Source: a virus
Virus record (IMG/VR): IMGVR_UViG_3300020578_000058
Coordinates: 4,828 to 68,827 of that record
Reading direction: 5' to 3' (one strand)
Length of the DNA: 64,000 nucleotides
Position 1 is the first letter of the stretch. Each line of letters begins with the position of its first letter. The notes under the pieces are model-generated. The model was not told where the DNA came from, did not search any database, and was given only the letters and a program-made list of their open reading frames with translations. A program made the position numbers and the translations under genes. Positions 45,158 through 54,343 of this stretch are shown one piece after another.

Positions 45158-46009
45158 ATGTCCGACACCGTGCTTCGTCAACGGCTCATTCGTGTCGCTT
45201 CGCAGTTGCCGAAGGGCAGCGCGGAGCGTCGGCAAGTTCTCGCCCTCCTCGCGCCGGACACCCTGCGGAGCAAGGTCGCCGTCAACCAAAAGACGCAGGA
45301 CTTCGTGGAGTGGGTGGTCAACACCGACCCGGTTCCTATGTCCGAGGCCGAGATTGTGAAGTTCGTGAAGGGCACGCTCCGCATGGAGATCAAGCCCCCC
45401 ATTCAGAAGCGTGAAGGTCCGCGCTTTCAACCGGGTGACCGGGTGAAGGTCCAGAAGGACAAGCACAAGGACGAGGCGACTTCCGGCCCGTACATCGAGT
45501 TCAACGGCAAGATTGGTACGGTGGTTACCGTTGAGGGGCAGGACGCCCTCGTGAAGATGGACAGCGGCCCGTCCGAGCCCGTCCGCTTCATTGGTGCGCT
45601 CAAGCCCCGTGGTGTCGGCCTGTTCAAGTACACCCCCGCCTTCGTCATGGAGGGCTCCGTGGCGGTGGAGATGGTCTACTACATGGACGCCGAGGCCGAT
45701 GTGAAGGAGGAGCAGGCGGTCGTGGTTGAGCAGTACATGGGCCGTGCCCGTCAGGGCGAGAAGCGGTCCATGAACTACTACACGGGCCACCTGTTCAATG
45801 CGCGGCTCAATCAAGCGGGTCAGGTCTACTTCCAGATGTTCCCGCAGCAGCGCGTCGAAGTGGACCCCGAGAGCGAGGGGGGTTTCTTGGCCCGCTCGTT
45901 CAACCCGTCGAAGGGCAAGGTGCTCTACATCGGTCGCCTCAACACCGACCGCCCGACCGGGTGGGAGAAGGAGTTGGCCGACATGCGTGCGAAGGCGGGC
46001 GTCCCGTAG
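45158..46009 (+). CDS. Cargo-leader protein with KOW/SH3-like domain
   Basis: AAGGAG RBS, N-terminal LIRVASQLPKGSAERRQVLA leader and FQPGDRVKV...FNGKIGTVV. Confidence 0.7.
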   Translation: MSDTVLRQRLIRVASQLPKGSAERRQVLALLAPDTLRSKVAVNQKTQDFVEWVVNTDPVPMSEAEIVKFVKGTLRMEIKPPIQKREGPRFQPGDRVKVQKDKHKDEATSGPYIEFNGKIGTVVTVEGQDALVKMDSGPSEPVRFIGALKPRGVGLFKYTPAFVMEGSVAVEMVYYMDAEADVKEEQAVVVEQYMGRARQGEKRSMNYYTGHLFNARLNQAGQVYFQMFPQQRVEVDPESEGGFLARSFNPSKGKVLYIGRLNTDRPTGWEKELADMRAKAGVP

Positions 46010-46044
46010 TGTACGGGTAGCGTGTCCGGCAGGAGAAGAACTTC

Positions 46045-46317
46045 ATGTCGGACACGCCCTCGACTTACGGACAGGTGGACAACAAGGTGCTCAATGCCGT
46101 CTCGCGGCTCAAAGCACGGGTGCGCGACCTCACCTCCGAGGTCGGGCGCGTCGAAGTCCACAAGTCGCGCCTCCTTGCAGAAATCGAGCACCTTGACGCA
46201 GAGGCGGCGCGTCTTCTCACCGAGGAGGCTCGCCGCCTTGGTGTTCCCGAGGGCACCCCTTGGCGTATCGGAGAGGACGGGCACGCAGAGGCGGTGCCCC
46301 AACCCGCAGGAGGCTGA
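46045..46317 (+). CDS. Small coiled-coil protein
   Basis: AGGAG RBS and heptad pattern. Confidence 0.6.
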   Translation: MSDTPSTYGQVDNKVLNAVSRLKARVRDLTSEVGRVEVHKSRLLAEIEHLDAEAARLLTEEARRLGVPEGTPWRIGEDGHAEAVPQPAGG

Positions 46318-46320
46318 ACC

Positions 46321-48447
46321 ATGACGGCGACAGGATGGACGCCTACGGCGGGGGAGTTCCCCTTCGCACCTGCCAACGGCACCGTCATGTCGGCGTTCAC
46401 CGGCAACGCTTTCGACATTCGGTGGGACGACCCCTCCACGCTGAACACGGGGCCTGCCACGCCAAGCGTGCGGGCTTCCGTTACGGTCACGGTGGTCGGG
46501 ATGCCCGTGACGCGGAGTGCCGCCACAGGCACGCTTACGGTGGTCACGGCTCCCGTTCCCGTGGGGGCCAATGTCACCATTCAAGGCACGACCTTCTACT
46601 CGGTCGCAGGTGTGCCGGGGGCCAATCAGTTCAACGGTTCTTCGGCCTCCGTGTCCACCGTTGCTGCGAACCTCGCCGCAGCCGTCAATTCAAGCCCGCT
46701 CTACTCGGGCGGGGTCGTTGCGGCCTCGTCCGTGGGGGGTGCGGTCACTCTCACGGCGCGTACCGAAGGGGCAACGGGCAACTTGGTCACGCTCGGTTCG
46801 GCCACACCCACGGTGGTTGTCTCGGGGGGGACACTCTCGGGCGGGGGTGACGGGGCGTACATCTTGCTCGCCACGCAGTACCTCTACGCGGCTACCACGC
46901 GCACGTCGGGGGGCATGGACTTCGCGGTGAGCGCAAGCCCCTACGAGACGGCGCAGAGCATTGCCGCAGCCATCAACGACAAGGCGAACTCGGTCGGGTT
47001 CGTCACCGCTTCGGCCTACGAGAATGTCGTGACCCTCTACGCAGCCATTGACGGGAGCGTGGGCAACGGCGTCATGGTCGAGACGAACGACGCGGCCCTC
47101 ACTCTTTCGGGAAGTCAGACCTCGGGAGGCTACGGTGTCCCCTGCTTGGGGAAGTCGAACTCTCGGTGGAACATCATTGGGGTCAATGTCTACCGCTCGG
47201 ACACGGGCGAGCGCGGCCCGTACTTCCGCGTGAACAAGGTTCCTGTCGGGAGTGATTTCTTCCGCGACCGCACGGACATTGTGCTTGTAGAGGACGAGGT
47301 TGTTGATTGGTCTTGGGGGTGGGTCTACAAGGGTGACGCCCCGAACTTGAACCTGTGGCGGCTCCGCACGCGGCACCGGCCCCTCGTGAAAGAGGCCGGG
47401 GACGCGGTGCCCGCGAACTCACCCGCCGATGTGCTTGTGACGGTGGACGGGCGCGTGGCCCCTGTCTCGCGGGTCTTGGGGCAGTCGGGGGAGATAGACC
47501 TCGACCCCGACCCGGTGTGGAACCCTGCGACCGAGAACTATGTCTACCCCCCGGTCCCGAAGCCTGACGGTACTTCGGTGGTCACGGTGTCCTACCGCTA
47601 CTCGCGGCTGAACCTCGTGACTTCGCTCGACGCGAACTCCAAGGTGTTCTACCGTCTCACGACGGTTGCGGTGGACCCCACGGGGACTTCACCTTCGGGC
47701 TTGGTCGAAACCCCGCTCGGGTACTCGGAGCCCTTGTCTGCGCTCAACAGCGAAAAGACCGACTACATTTGGACGGAGGCCGTTCGCCGGAACCGTTGGA
47801 TCTTGGAGCAGGGTGGCGAGCGGGTCAAGTTGTTCATTCGCCGGGTGACGGGCGTACCCTGTCCTTGTCAATGGGATGTGGCGGTGTTCGCGTTCGCCAA
47901 GCAGCCCTACAACTACTGTTCGTGCTGCTACGGCACCGGCTTCTTGGGCGGCTACGAAGGCCCTATTGACATTATCGTGGCCCCCGACGAGAGCGAACGC
48001 CGCGTCACGCAGACTCCAATGGGCCGTCGTTTGGAGAACACCTACGAGGTGTGGACCGGCCCGCGCCCCATGCTCTCGCAGCGGGACTTCATTGTGAAGC
48101 AGAACGGCGAGAGGTTCAGCGTCGGCCCCGTGCGCCGCACACAGGTGCGGGGCTACACCTTGCAACAGGCGTTCTCTATCGGGAACCTTGACGAGAAGGA
48201 CATTCGGTACTGCGTTCCGCTCACGGGGCTGGAAACCCTGCCGTGGCCCGAGACGCGCTACACCAACCCCGAGAACGCTTACGAGCGTCCCGAAAGCCCC
48301 TGCGCCGAGGGCGACCCGTTCCCCGTGGGCTATGACTACCAAGCCACGCCTATGGGCACCAATGTCCCGAAAGTGCCCGAAGGACGCCAACTTCGCGGGC
48401 GTACTCCGGTGTGGGCGAACATCATGTACGGGGGCAAAGGCCCATGA
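46321..48447 (+). CDS. Neck/head-closure-type virion protein with two sheath-like insertion modules and a Cys cluster
   Basis: GGAGG RBS, two 'AANLAAAVN/AQSIAAAIN' modules, and C-terminal GERVKLFIRR...CPC...CSCCYGTGFLGGY. Confidence 0.6.
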   Translation: MTATGWTPTAGEFPFAPANGTVMSAFTGNAFDIRWDDPSTLNTGPATPSVRASVTVTVVGMPVTRSAATGTLTVVTAPVPVGANVTIQGTTFYSVAGVPGANQFNGSSASVSTVAANLAAAVNSSPLYSGGVVAASSVGGAVTLTARTEGATGNLVTLGSATPTVVVSGGTLSGGGDGAYILLATQYLYAATTRTSGGMDFAVSASPYETAQSIAAAINDKANSVGFVTASAYENVVTLYAAIDGSVGNGVMVETNDAALTLSGSQTSGGYGVPCLGKSNSRWNIIGVNVYRSDTGERGPYFRVNKVPVGSDFFRDRTDIVLVEDEVVDWSWGWVYKGDAPNLNLWRLRTRHRPLVKEAGDAVPANSPADVLVTVDGRVAPVSRVLGQSGEIDLDPDPVWNPATENYVYPPVPKPDGTSVVTVSYRYSRLNLVTSLDANSKVFYRLTTVAVDPTGTSPSGLVETPLGYSEPLSALNSEKTDYIWTEAVRRNRWILEQGGERVKLFIRRVTGVPCPCQWDVAVFAFAKQPYNYCSCCYGTGFLGGYEGPIDIIVAPDESERRVTQTPMGRRLENTYEVWTGPRPMLSQRDFIVKQNGERFSVGPVRRTQVRGYTLQQAFSIGNLDEKDIRYCVPLTGLETLPWPETRYTNPENAYERPESPCAEGDPFPVGYDYQATPMGTNVPKVPEGRQLRGRTPVWANIMYGGKGP

Positions 48448-49064
48448 AGGTCAGCCTCAAACCCAAGGGCCGCAGGGTCTACGGTCGCCCTCTCTTGAAG
48501 AAGTTCGGCGGGGACGGCGCACCCGTGGACTTGACCCCCGAGGTGTTGGAGGAAATCGGCAAGACCATCCTCGATTCGGTGAAGCACGAGGCGCGTATCG
48601 AGATTGCCAAGTACATGAACAAGCCCACCCGCGACGGCGGTGGAGACACGCCTGCTTACATTCGGGACATGAAGGCGTTTCTTGCGATGCTCAAAGTGCG
48701 GGTCGGCGGCAAGAGCAGCGTTGAGTTCTACTTGGCCGAAGGTAAGCGCAAGAAGCGCGTGGGCGACCGCTTGCACACGGTCAACCCGTACCACCACAGG
48801 TTCATCAGCAGCGACCCCAAGGACCAAGCACCCTTCGTCATGGACACCCTCAAGTCGAAGGTTGGCAAGACGGTGCCCCTCGTGGAGTTGGACGGTGAGG
48901 TGGTGTTCCGTGTTGTGCTGCCGAACGCGGCTTGGGTTCACCCCGGCTTCTTGAAGTACACCTTCCTTGAACGAGGCATAACGAAGGGTCGGGCCAAAGC
49001 CGCCGATATTATCCGCGAGAAGGTCATTGTGCCCCTCATTGCCAACGGAGACATTTTCACATGA
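48444..49064 (+). CDS. Putative tail-completion/neck protein (basic; WVHPG...FLERG)
   Basis: HPG motif and FLERGI end typical of HK97 gp10-like virion morphogenesis proteins. ATGA overlap. Confidence 0.5.
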   Translation: MKVSLKPKGRRVYGRPLLKKFGGDGAPVDLTPEVLEEIGKTILDSVKHEARIEIAKYMNKPTRDGGGDTPAYIRDMKAFLAMLKVRVGGKSSVEFYLAEGKRKKRVGDRLHTVNPYHHRFISSDPKDQAPFVMDTLKSKVGKTVPLVELDGEVVFRVVLPNAAWVHPGFLKYTFLERGITKGRAKAADIIREKVIVPLIANGDIFT

Positions 49065-49753
49065 CCGAACTGCGCGTGACCGAACTGCGCGTGGAGTGCA
49101 TGGCTGACCGCGCAGAAATGCCTGACCTCGGCCTCTCCTTGCGCCGAGGCCAAGTGGCGTGGGTGCCTGCCGACAGCGGTGCCAAGTCTGCTTGCCTTCG
49201 GGCTTTGCGTGACATTCGCGCCGTGTCGGTAGTATCAGCGCAGAGGTGTTCCGCCATGCGAAGTCCGCCACCCCCCTCCTTCCGCCTTGCGCGGAAGGGC
49301 ACCACGCCCCGAGTGCCGACCAGCGGCCCTGTACCCGTGGTTGTGCAGGGGGGTGTTCCCGTCGAAGAACTGGACGCGCGTATTGAGCAGGCCGTCGCAG
49401 GAGCCGTGGACAAGTTGGCCGACCGCCTTGTGGCCGCGCTCGGGCAGCAGCGGACTGCACCTGCAAGCAGCGCGCCTCTCAATGAGGAAGCCCTCTCGCG
49501 GGCCGTGGCGGACGCTGTATCGCAGGCTCTTTCGCAGCAGGTGGGCGGCGCCCTTCGCTCGGGAGGTGGGGGCTCTCGGGCCTTGGTGAGCGGCCCCGAA
49601 GAACCTGTTTACATTCCCTCGGGTATCGTCTCGTCCGAGACGGCCACCGACCTTCAAGTGACGGCGCAGGCTACGGACGCGGGCGACCTTGCCGGTGCCG
49701 CGTCTGCCCTTCGCAAGACCCGCACCCGCAAGACCACAGGAACCCCCGAATGA
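49061..49753 (+). CDS. Hypothetical protein, translationally coupled to the actin-like ATPase
   Basis: ATGA overlaps on both sides; begins with a 15-bp duplication (TELRV x2). Confidence 0.6.
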   Translation: MTELRVTELRVECMADRAEMPDLGLSLRRGQVAWVPADSGAKSACLRALRDIRAVSVVSAQRCSAMRSPPPPSFRLARKGTTPRVPTSGPVPVVVQGGVPVEELDARIEQAVAGAVDKLADRLVAALGQQRTAPASSAPLNEEALSRAVADAVSQALSQQVGGALRSGGGGSRALVSGPEEPVYIPSGIVSSETATDLQVTAQATDAGDLAGAASALRKTRTRKTTGTPE

Positions 49754-50769
49754 GCACCGACAAGAGCGACAAGACCAAGCCCAACCGTGGGGTCGGGCTC
49801 GACCTCGGGACAATGAACATTGTCTCGGCTCGCTCTCGCAGCGGCAAGGTGGACTTCTCTCGCATCCGAGACGCCTTCCTCGACCTCGACATCAGCGCCA
49901 AGAAGATGCTCAAGTTGAGCGGCGTGTCCTACATTGAGCGCGGTGAGAACATCGTCGTCATCGGTGACGCCGCTATGGAAATGGCGAACGTCTTTGGTCG
50001 GGAGGCCCGTCGCCCTCTGTCCCGTGGCTTGGTGGCCGCAGGTGAAGTCGAAGCGTTGGAAGTCCTCGGGGTCATGGTCAAGAATGTCCTCGGCGCCCCC
50101 GTGGAGCCGAACGAGGTCTGCTACTTCTGCGTGCCCGCTGCGCCCGTGGACGAGGACCGGGATGTGGTCTACCACCGGGGCGTCTTTGAGCGCATTGTGA
50201 CCGAGTGCGGCTACAAGGCCATCTCCTCCAACGAGGCTATGGCGATTATCTACTCCGAGACGGCCAACGAGGGCTTCTCGGGCCTCGCCATCTCCTTCGG
50301 CAGCGGCATGTGCAATGTCGCCCTTGCCGTCAACGGCATTGAGGGATTCTCGTTCTCCGTTGCCCGTGGGGGCGATTGGATTGACGAGGGTGCAGCCCGC
50401 GCCGTGGGCAGCACCCGCTCCCGTATCTGTGCCTTGAAGGAGAAGGGCTTCGACTTGCTCGCGCCCGTGGGCCGGGAGCAGGAGGCGCTTGCCCTCTACT
50501 ACAAGAGCCTCATCGAGTACTGCTTGGAGACGACCGCCCGCGAGTTCCTTCGCATCAAGGACAAGTTCTCGCTTCCCAAGGCTGTGCCCTTCGTGGTGTC
50601 GGGCGGGACGAGCCTGCCCACTAACTTCGTGCCATTCCTGACCTCGGTGTGGAGCCGCATGAAGAAGAAGTTCCCGTTGGAGGTGAGCGAGGTTCGCCAC
50701 GCCTCCGACCCCATGAACGCCGTCGCTCGGGGTTTGCTCGTGCTCGCCCTGCAAGAGTACGACGACTGA
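49750..50769 (+). CDS. Actin-like ATPase (MreB/MamK/ParM superfamily)
   Basis: Phosphate-1 GLDLGT, connect-1 NEAMA, phosphate-2 SFGSGMCN, GGDWID, adenosine VVSGGTS and connect-2 PMNAVARG. Confidence 0.88.
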   Translation: MSTDKSDKTKPNRGVGLDLGTMNIVSARSRSGKVDFSRIRDAFLDLDISAKKMLKLSGVSYIERGENIVVIGDAAMEMANVFGREARRPLSRGLVAAGEVEALEVLGVMVKNVLGAPVEPNEVCYFCVPAAPVDEDRDVVYHRGVFERIVTECGYKAISSNEAMAIIYSETANEGFSGLAISFGSGMCNVALAVNGIEGFSFSVARGGDWIDEGAARAVGSTRSRICALKEKGFDLLAPVGREQEALALYYKSLIEYCLETTAREFLRIKDKFSLPKAVPFVVSGGTSLPTNFVPFLTSVWSRMKKKFPLEVSEVRHASDPMNAVARGLLVLALQEYDD

Positions 50770-50813
50770 TAGGGCGGGCGTGCCTATTGCCCGCGTGAGG
50801 TCGGAGAAGGCCC

Positions 50814-52061
50814 ATGTTCGCTAACCTCACCGAGTCCATGAAGCGGCGCATCCTCTTGGAGTTGCGCCGCTTTTGGTCTTTCGACCCGAAGTACCGCGAC
50901 ACCCTTGTTGACAACATCCAAGGGAAGTACGCTTTCTCCGAACGCCCCCAAGTGGGCATTATCCTCAAAGGCTCGTCTGCCAGCCCTATGCAGTTGTCCG
51001 CCGACAACTTCCAAGGCACGGTCGTCTCCTACTGCCACCTTGCCAAAGTCTACGGGAAGCCGGGGTTGAGCATTGAGTGGGTCCGCGAGGACTCCCGCGC
51101 CATCCAGAAGAACGGCGGCGTGTTCCCCTCGCCCCGTGGCATCTACTTCATTGAGGTTCGCTTGGAGGAGGTCAGCCTCCCGGTCGAAGCCTGCCCAACG
51201 CCCATGAACGGCGAGCAACTCGTGTTCTATGTGGACCCGCTGCTCGATGTCATTGACGAACGGGCTGCTCGGCTTACCGCGTTTCAGTACCAAGTGGCGC
51301 AAGGTGAGTTCTACGACGGCTCCCTGCGCGTCTACGAAATGCCGGGGAACATTCCCCTCACCTTGGGGCTGGACTACACCGCCGACCCCGCCACAGGAAC
51401 CATCACGCTCGTCCGCCCTGTACCTTCCTCGGACTTCTTGTCCGTGGACTACCGCTACGCGGGCGAGAGTGTCGGGCCGTTTCCCGTGCCGCAGGACGGC
51501 TCCAACAACACGGCCATTCCCGGCGTCGTGCTTGCCTTCGGGCGGCGCTCCGAGGACGGCGACATCATGCTCGTCGTGGTCGGGGACACACGCGAGGCGT
51601 CCGCTCGGGAGTACGGCGGGCGGTGGGAGATGAACTTCGACCTCGACATTATGGCGCGGGACACGGCGGCGCAGCAGGAGATCACCGACCGGACCCTCAT
51701 GTTCTTCCACGCCGTCGCCCGCAACCGGCTCTCGGAGGAGGGCATTGAGATCACGCAAGTCTCAATGGGCGGCGAGGCCGAAGAAGTCTACGACGAGACG
51801 GGCGACGACTACTACTTCACCGCAAGCATCAGCCTCACCATTCTCACAGACTGGTGCCTGTGGGTGCCGCTCGACCATGCTTTCACGCGGATCATTCCGG
51901 TGGCGTTGGCTTCGGAGCGGGCGGTCACGGGTCTGACGGACGACCAACTTGCGGCGTCGGGTTCTCCGACGAGCCTGTATGTGGCGCAGGACTTGCGGTT
52001 CCTGTCCCCGACCGACCCGTTCTTTCGGGACCGGACGCGGGACTACGAGTTGATCCGGTAG
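50814..52061 (+). CDS. Putative tail terminator/completion protein
   Basis: Located in the neck cluster. Contains the WEMNFDLDIMARD...EITD pattern and a DYTAD..TGTITL insertion. Confidence 0.55.
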   Translation: MFANLTESMKRRILLELRRFWSFDPKYRDTLVDNIQGKYAFSERPQVGIILKGSSASPMQLSADNFQGTVVSYCHLAKVYGKPGLSIEWVREDSRAIQKNGGVFPSPRGIYFIEVRLEEVSLPVEACPTPMNGEQLVFYVDPLLDVIDERAARLTAFQYQVAQGEFYDGSLRVYEMPGNIPLTLGLDYTADPATGTITLVRPVPSSDFLSVDYRYAGESVGPFPVPQDGSNNTAIPGVVLAFGRRSEDGDIMLVVVGDTREASAREYGGRWEMNFDLDIMARDTAAQQEITDRTLMFFHAVARNRLSEEGIEITQVSMGGEAEEVYDETGDDYYFTASISLTILTDWCLWVPLDHAFTRIIPVALASERAVTGLTDDQLAASGSPTSLYVAQDLRFLSPTDPFFRDRTRDYELIR

Positions 52062-52422
52062 CCTGCTTGCGCTGCTCGTGGCGGCGCACAATGCGCTGCT
52101 CGGTGTTGGGCACGCGCTCCCGACCGGCAACGGGGCCACGGCGACCAATGCGCTTGCGCTCACCCGTGCCAATCTCCTGTATGCCCGTGAGTGCGCCTTG
52201 CTCGTCCACCGTGCCGACGAACCGCACGGTGTTCGACGGCGGCGTGGACCTCTTGGGCTGCGGCTTCTTCGTCGTGACCCGACCCTTCTCCTTGCCACGG
52301 AACAGGTGTGCGACCTCACCCGACTTCGGGTGGACCTTGGTGTGGTAGTAGAGTTCTTCGATCACCCGTCCCTGCCTTCGCAGCAGGGTGTGTGCTGCCA
52401 TGAGCAGGGCGTCGGGGGTCAC
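51925..52422 (-). CDS. Basic hypothetical protein (3' end uncertain)
   Basis: GTG overlaps the stop of the upstream minus gene, but the ORF runs ~135 bp into the convergent + gene. Confidence 0.35.
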   Translation of the reverse strand: MTPDALLMAAHTLLRRQGRVIEELYYHTKVHPKSGEVAHLFRGKEKGRVTTKKPQPKRSTPPSNTVRFVGTVDEQGALTGIQEIGTGERKRIGRRGPVAGRERVPNTEQRIVRRHEQRKQATGSTRSPASGPERTGRSGTGTASPAPHTGSSENPTPQVGRPSDP

Positions 52423-52631
52423 GAGCCGTGCCCCCCACGGCGACCGGAGCGGCAGTAGCGACACCACGATTGGTTTCGCACCACATCTTCGCCGTTCGGT
52501 CCCGCGTGCTTCATGCGCCGAAGGCCGAACTCGTTGAGGGGCTTTGTGACCCCGCAGGACGGGCACTTGCGGTTCACCGCGCCCGTCTTGTGGTCCCGCT
52601 CTCCCTGCACTACTACGATGTCGCGCTGCAT
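52419..52631 (-). CDS. Small zinc-finger protein (CxxC...CxxC)
   Basis: GGAGG RBS; RKCPSCGVTKPLNEF...QSWCRYC. Confidence 0.65.
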   Translation of the reverse strand: MQRDIVVVQGERDHKTGAVNRKCPSCGVTKPLNEFGLRRMKHAGPNGEDVVRNQSWCRYCRSGRRGGHGS

Positions 52632-52712
52632 GGTTCCACCTCCCATGAACGCATACACGACGAGGGGGGTGCTTCCACCCCCCACCACCGCGCCCTTTCC
52701 GAGAGGGGGCGG

Positions 52713-53600
52713 CTACGCCGGAACCGGATAGTCGCGCTTGTCGGTCCACCGGAGGAGCGCCTTGCCCGTCTCGGGGCAGAGCAGGCTGCGCCCGGTGACC
52801 ACTTCACCGTCCACACTCTCGCCCATGTACTCCATGTTGGAGTGGGCGATCCACCGCGACCCCACGGGGCCGAGCACATACTCCCGGCCAGCGAAGGTGA
52901 CGCGCTCGCCCGCTGCCTTGTAGGCCCCGCCCGAAGCCTGCCACTCGGCGGCGAGCGCCTTGCGGGCCTCACCGGCCTTGCGGGCCTCCTCACGCTTGCG
53001 GGCCTCAACAGCGCGCCGCTCGGCGCGAGCGACCAGCGTGCCCGCGTCCCCCGCCCCCATGAGGGCGCGGAGGCCCAACTTGGCCTCCGCGTCGTGAAGG
53101 GCAATGAACGCCTCCACCTCGGCGACCACCGCGCGGGCCAGCGCCACGAGCGCGTCGGCCTCCTCGACCGTGAACCACCGCACATCGAACCATTCACCCA
53201 GGCGGGTGCCGACCTCGGCGTAGCGGGCCGTGAGGGCGGCGCGCTCCTGCGCCACGGCGGGGAGGGGCACCACGCCCGTCTCCACGAGCACGGCGGGGTG
53301 GTTCGGCCCCCGCCGCACGCAGCGCACGGTGGGCCGCACATAGCCGGTGCGGCCCCCGCCAACCTGATAGTCAAAGCCCGTCGTGCGGGCGTAAAGATCG
53401 CCGGGCAGGAGCCCGTGGTGCTCACGGCGAGCCGTGTGGTAGGTGGTGCGGCGCACCTCCACAATACAATCCTCGCACCCTTCACAGCCCGAAACCACGC
53501 CCTCGCCGCCGCAGGACGACGGCGATTCGTCGCCGTCGTCCTCGACGCCGCAGCAGGGGCAGTAGGAACAGGAGTAACCACGGCAGACTTCGCACGACAT
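52713..53600 (-). CDS. Hypothetical protein with Cys-rich N-terminus and coiled coil
   Basis: GGAG RBS before MSCEVCRGYSCSYCPCCG; follows promoter motif copy 5. Confidence 0.6.
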   Translation of the reverse strand: MSCEVCRGYSCSYCPCCGVEDDGDESPSSCGGEGVVSGCEGCEDCIVEVRRTTYHTARREHHGLLPGDLYARTTGFDYQVGGGRTGYVRPTVRCVRRGPNHPAVLVETGVVPLPAVAQERAALTARYAEVGTRLGEWFDVRWFTVEEADALVALARAVVAEVEAFIALHDAEAKLGLRALMGAGDAGTLVARAERRAVEARKREEARKAGEARKALAAEWQASGGAYKAAGERVTFAGREYVLGPVGSRWIAHSNMEYMGESVDGEVVTGRSLLCPETGKALLRWTDKRDYPVPA

Positions 53601-53644
53601 TCGGAACTCCGTGCCCGCTCGGCGGGACAGGTGGGGGTGTGAGA

Positions 53645-53678
53645 GGGGTACGCGGCACCTCCTCGGAGCGAAACCCCC
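53645..53678 (-). promoter_or_regulatory. Conserved phage promoter-like motif, copy 5
   Basis: Minus strand reads GGGGG TTTCGC-N17-TACCCC TCTCAC, nearly identical to copy 1 around the -10 element. Confidence 0.7.
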
Positions 53679-53719
53679 ACGGGTAAGGTTTTTCGTCCTT
53701 CGCTTCATGGAGCAGGGTC

Positions 53720-54211
53720 ATGCCCGTCTACGAGTTCACCTGCCATTCCTGCGGCCTTCGGTTCGACAAGTTGTTCCGGCGCATGGAGAGCAGCGACACC
53801 CTTGCGGAAACCCCGTGTGACTCCTGCGGGGAGCCTGCTTACCGACAGGTCACGGCAGCGGCGTTCAAGTTCTCGCACGCCCCCTCCCAAGTACGAGGCG
53901 CGGCTCCCCCGAACACCGGCACGAGCGACGATTGGAACTACGACAAGGCCATTGGCCGAGACGCCGAGCAGAAGTGGAAGGTAGTCGAGAAGCGGGACGC
54001 GGAGAAAGCCCGCGTCATCCGGCAGGGGCGCGAAAACGGGCTTGCTCTCAACAACGGTCAACTCGTGCGCTCGCGGGAGGACGGCTCTTACCGGGCCATC
54101 ACCGAGCCCGAGCGCAAGGTGGTGAACGAGCGTCGGGATGTAGCGTTCCAAGTGGCGCAAGCGGCACGGGAGCAGTCGAAGAAGAAGCCGCCCGAGGGGA
54201 CCGGCGGCTGA
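53720..54211 (+). CDS. FmdB-family zinc-ribbon protein (second copy)
   Basis: MPVYEFTCHSCGLRF...CDSCG; GGAG RBS. Confidence 0.8.
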   Translation: MPVYEFTCHSCGLRFDKLFRRMESSDTLAETPCDSCGEPAYRQVTAAAFKFSHAPSQVRGAAPPNTGTSDDWNYDKAIGRDAEQKWKVVEKRDAEKARVIRQGRENGLALNNGQLVRSREDGSYRAITEPERKVVNERRDVAFQVAQAAREQSKKKPPEGTGG

Positions 54212-54343
54212 TAGCGTCCCTATACGGGGCAGGAAGGAAAGAACTCCCCCACGAGGGGACGGCTACGACCTATACCGCCGTGCTTGCACTTCTCGGCCCT
54301 CTCGCACCGTGAGCGGGTTCGCACCACTTCTCCGAGGTTCCCA

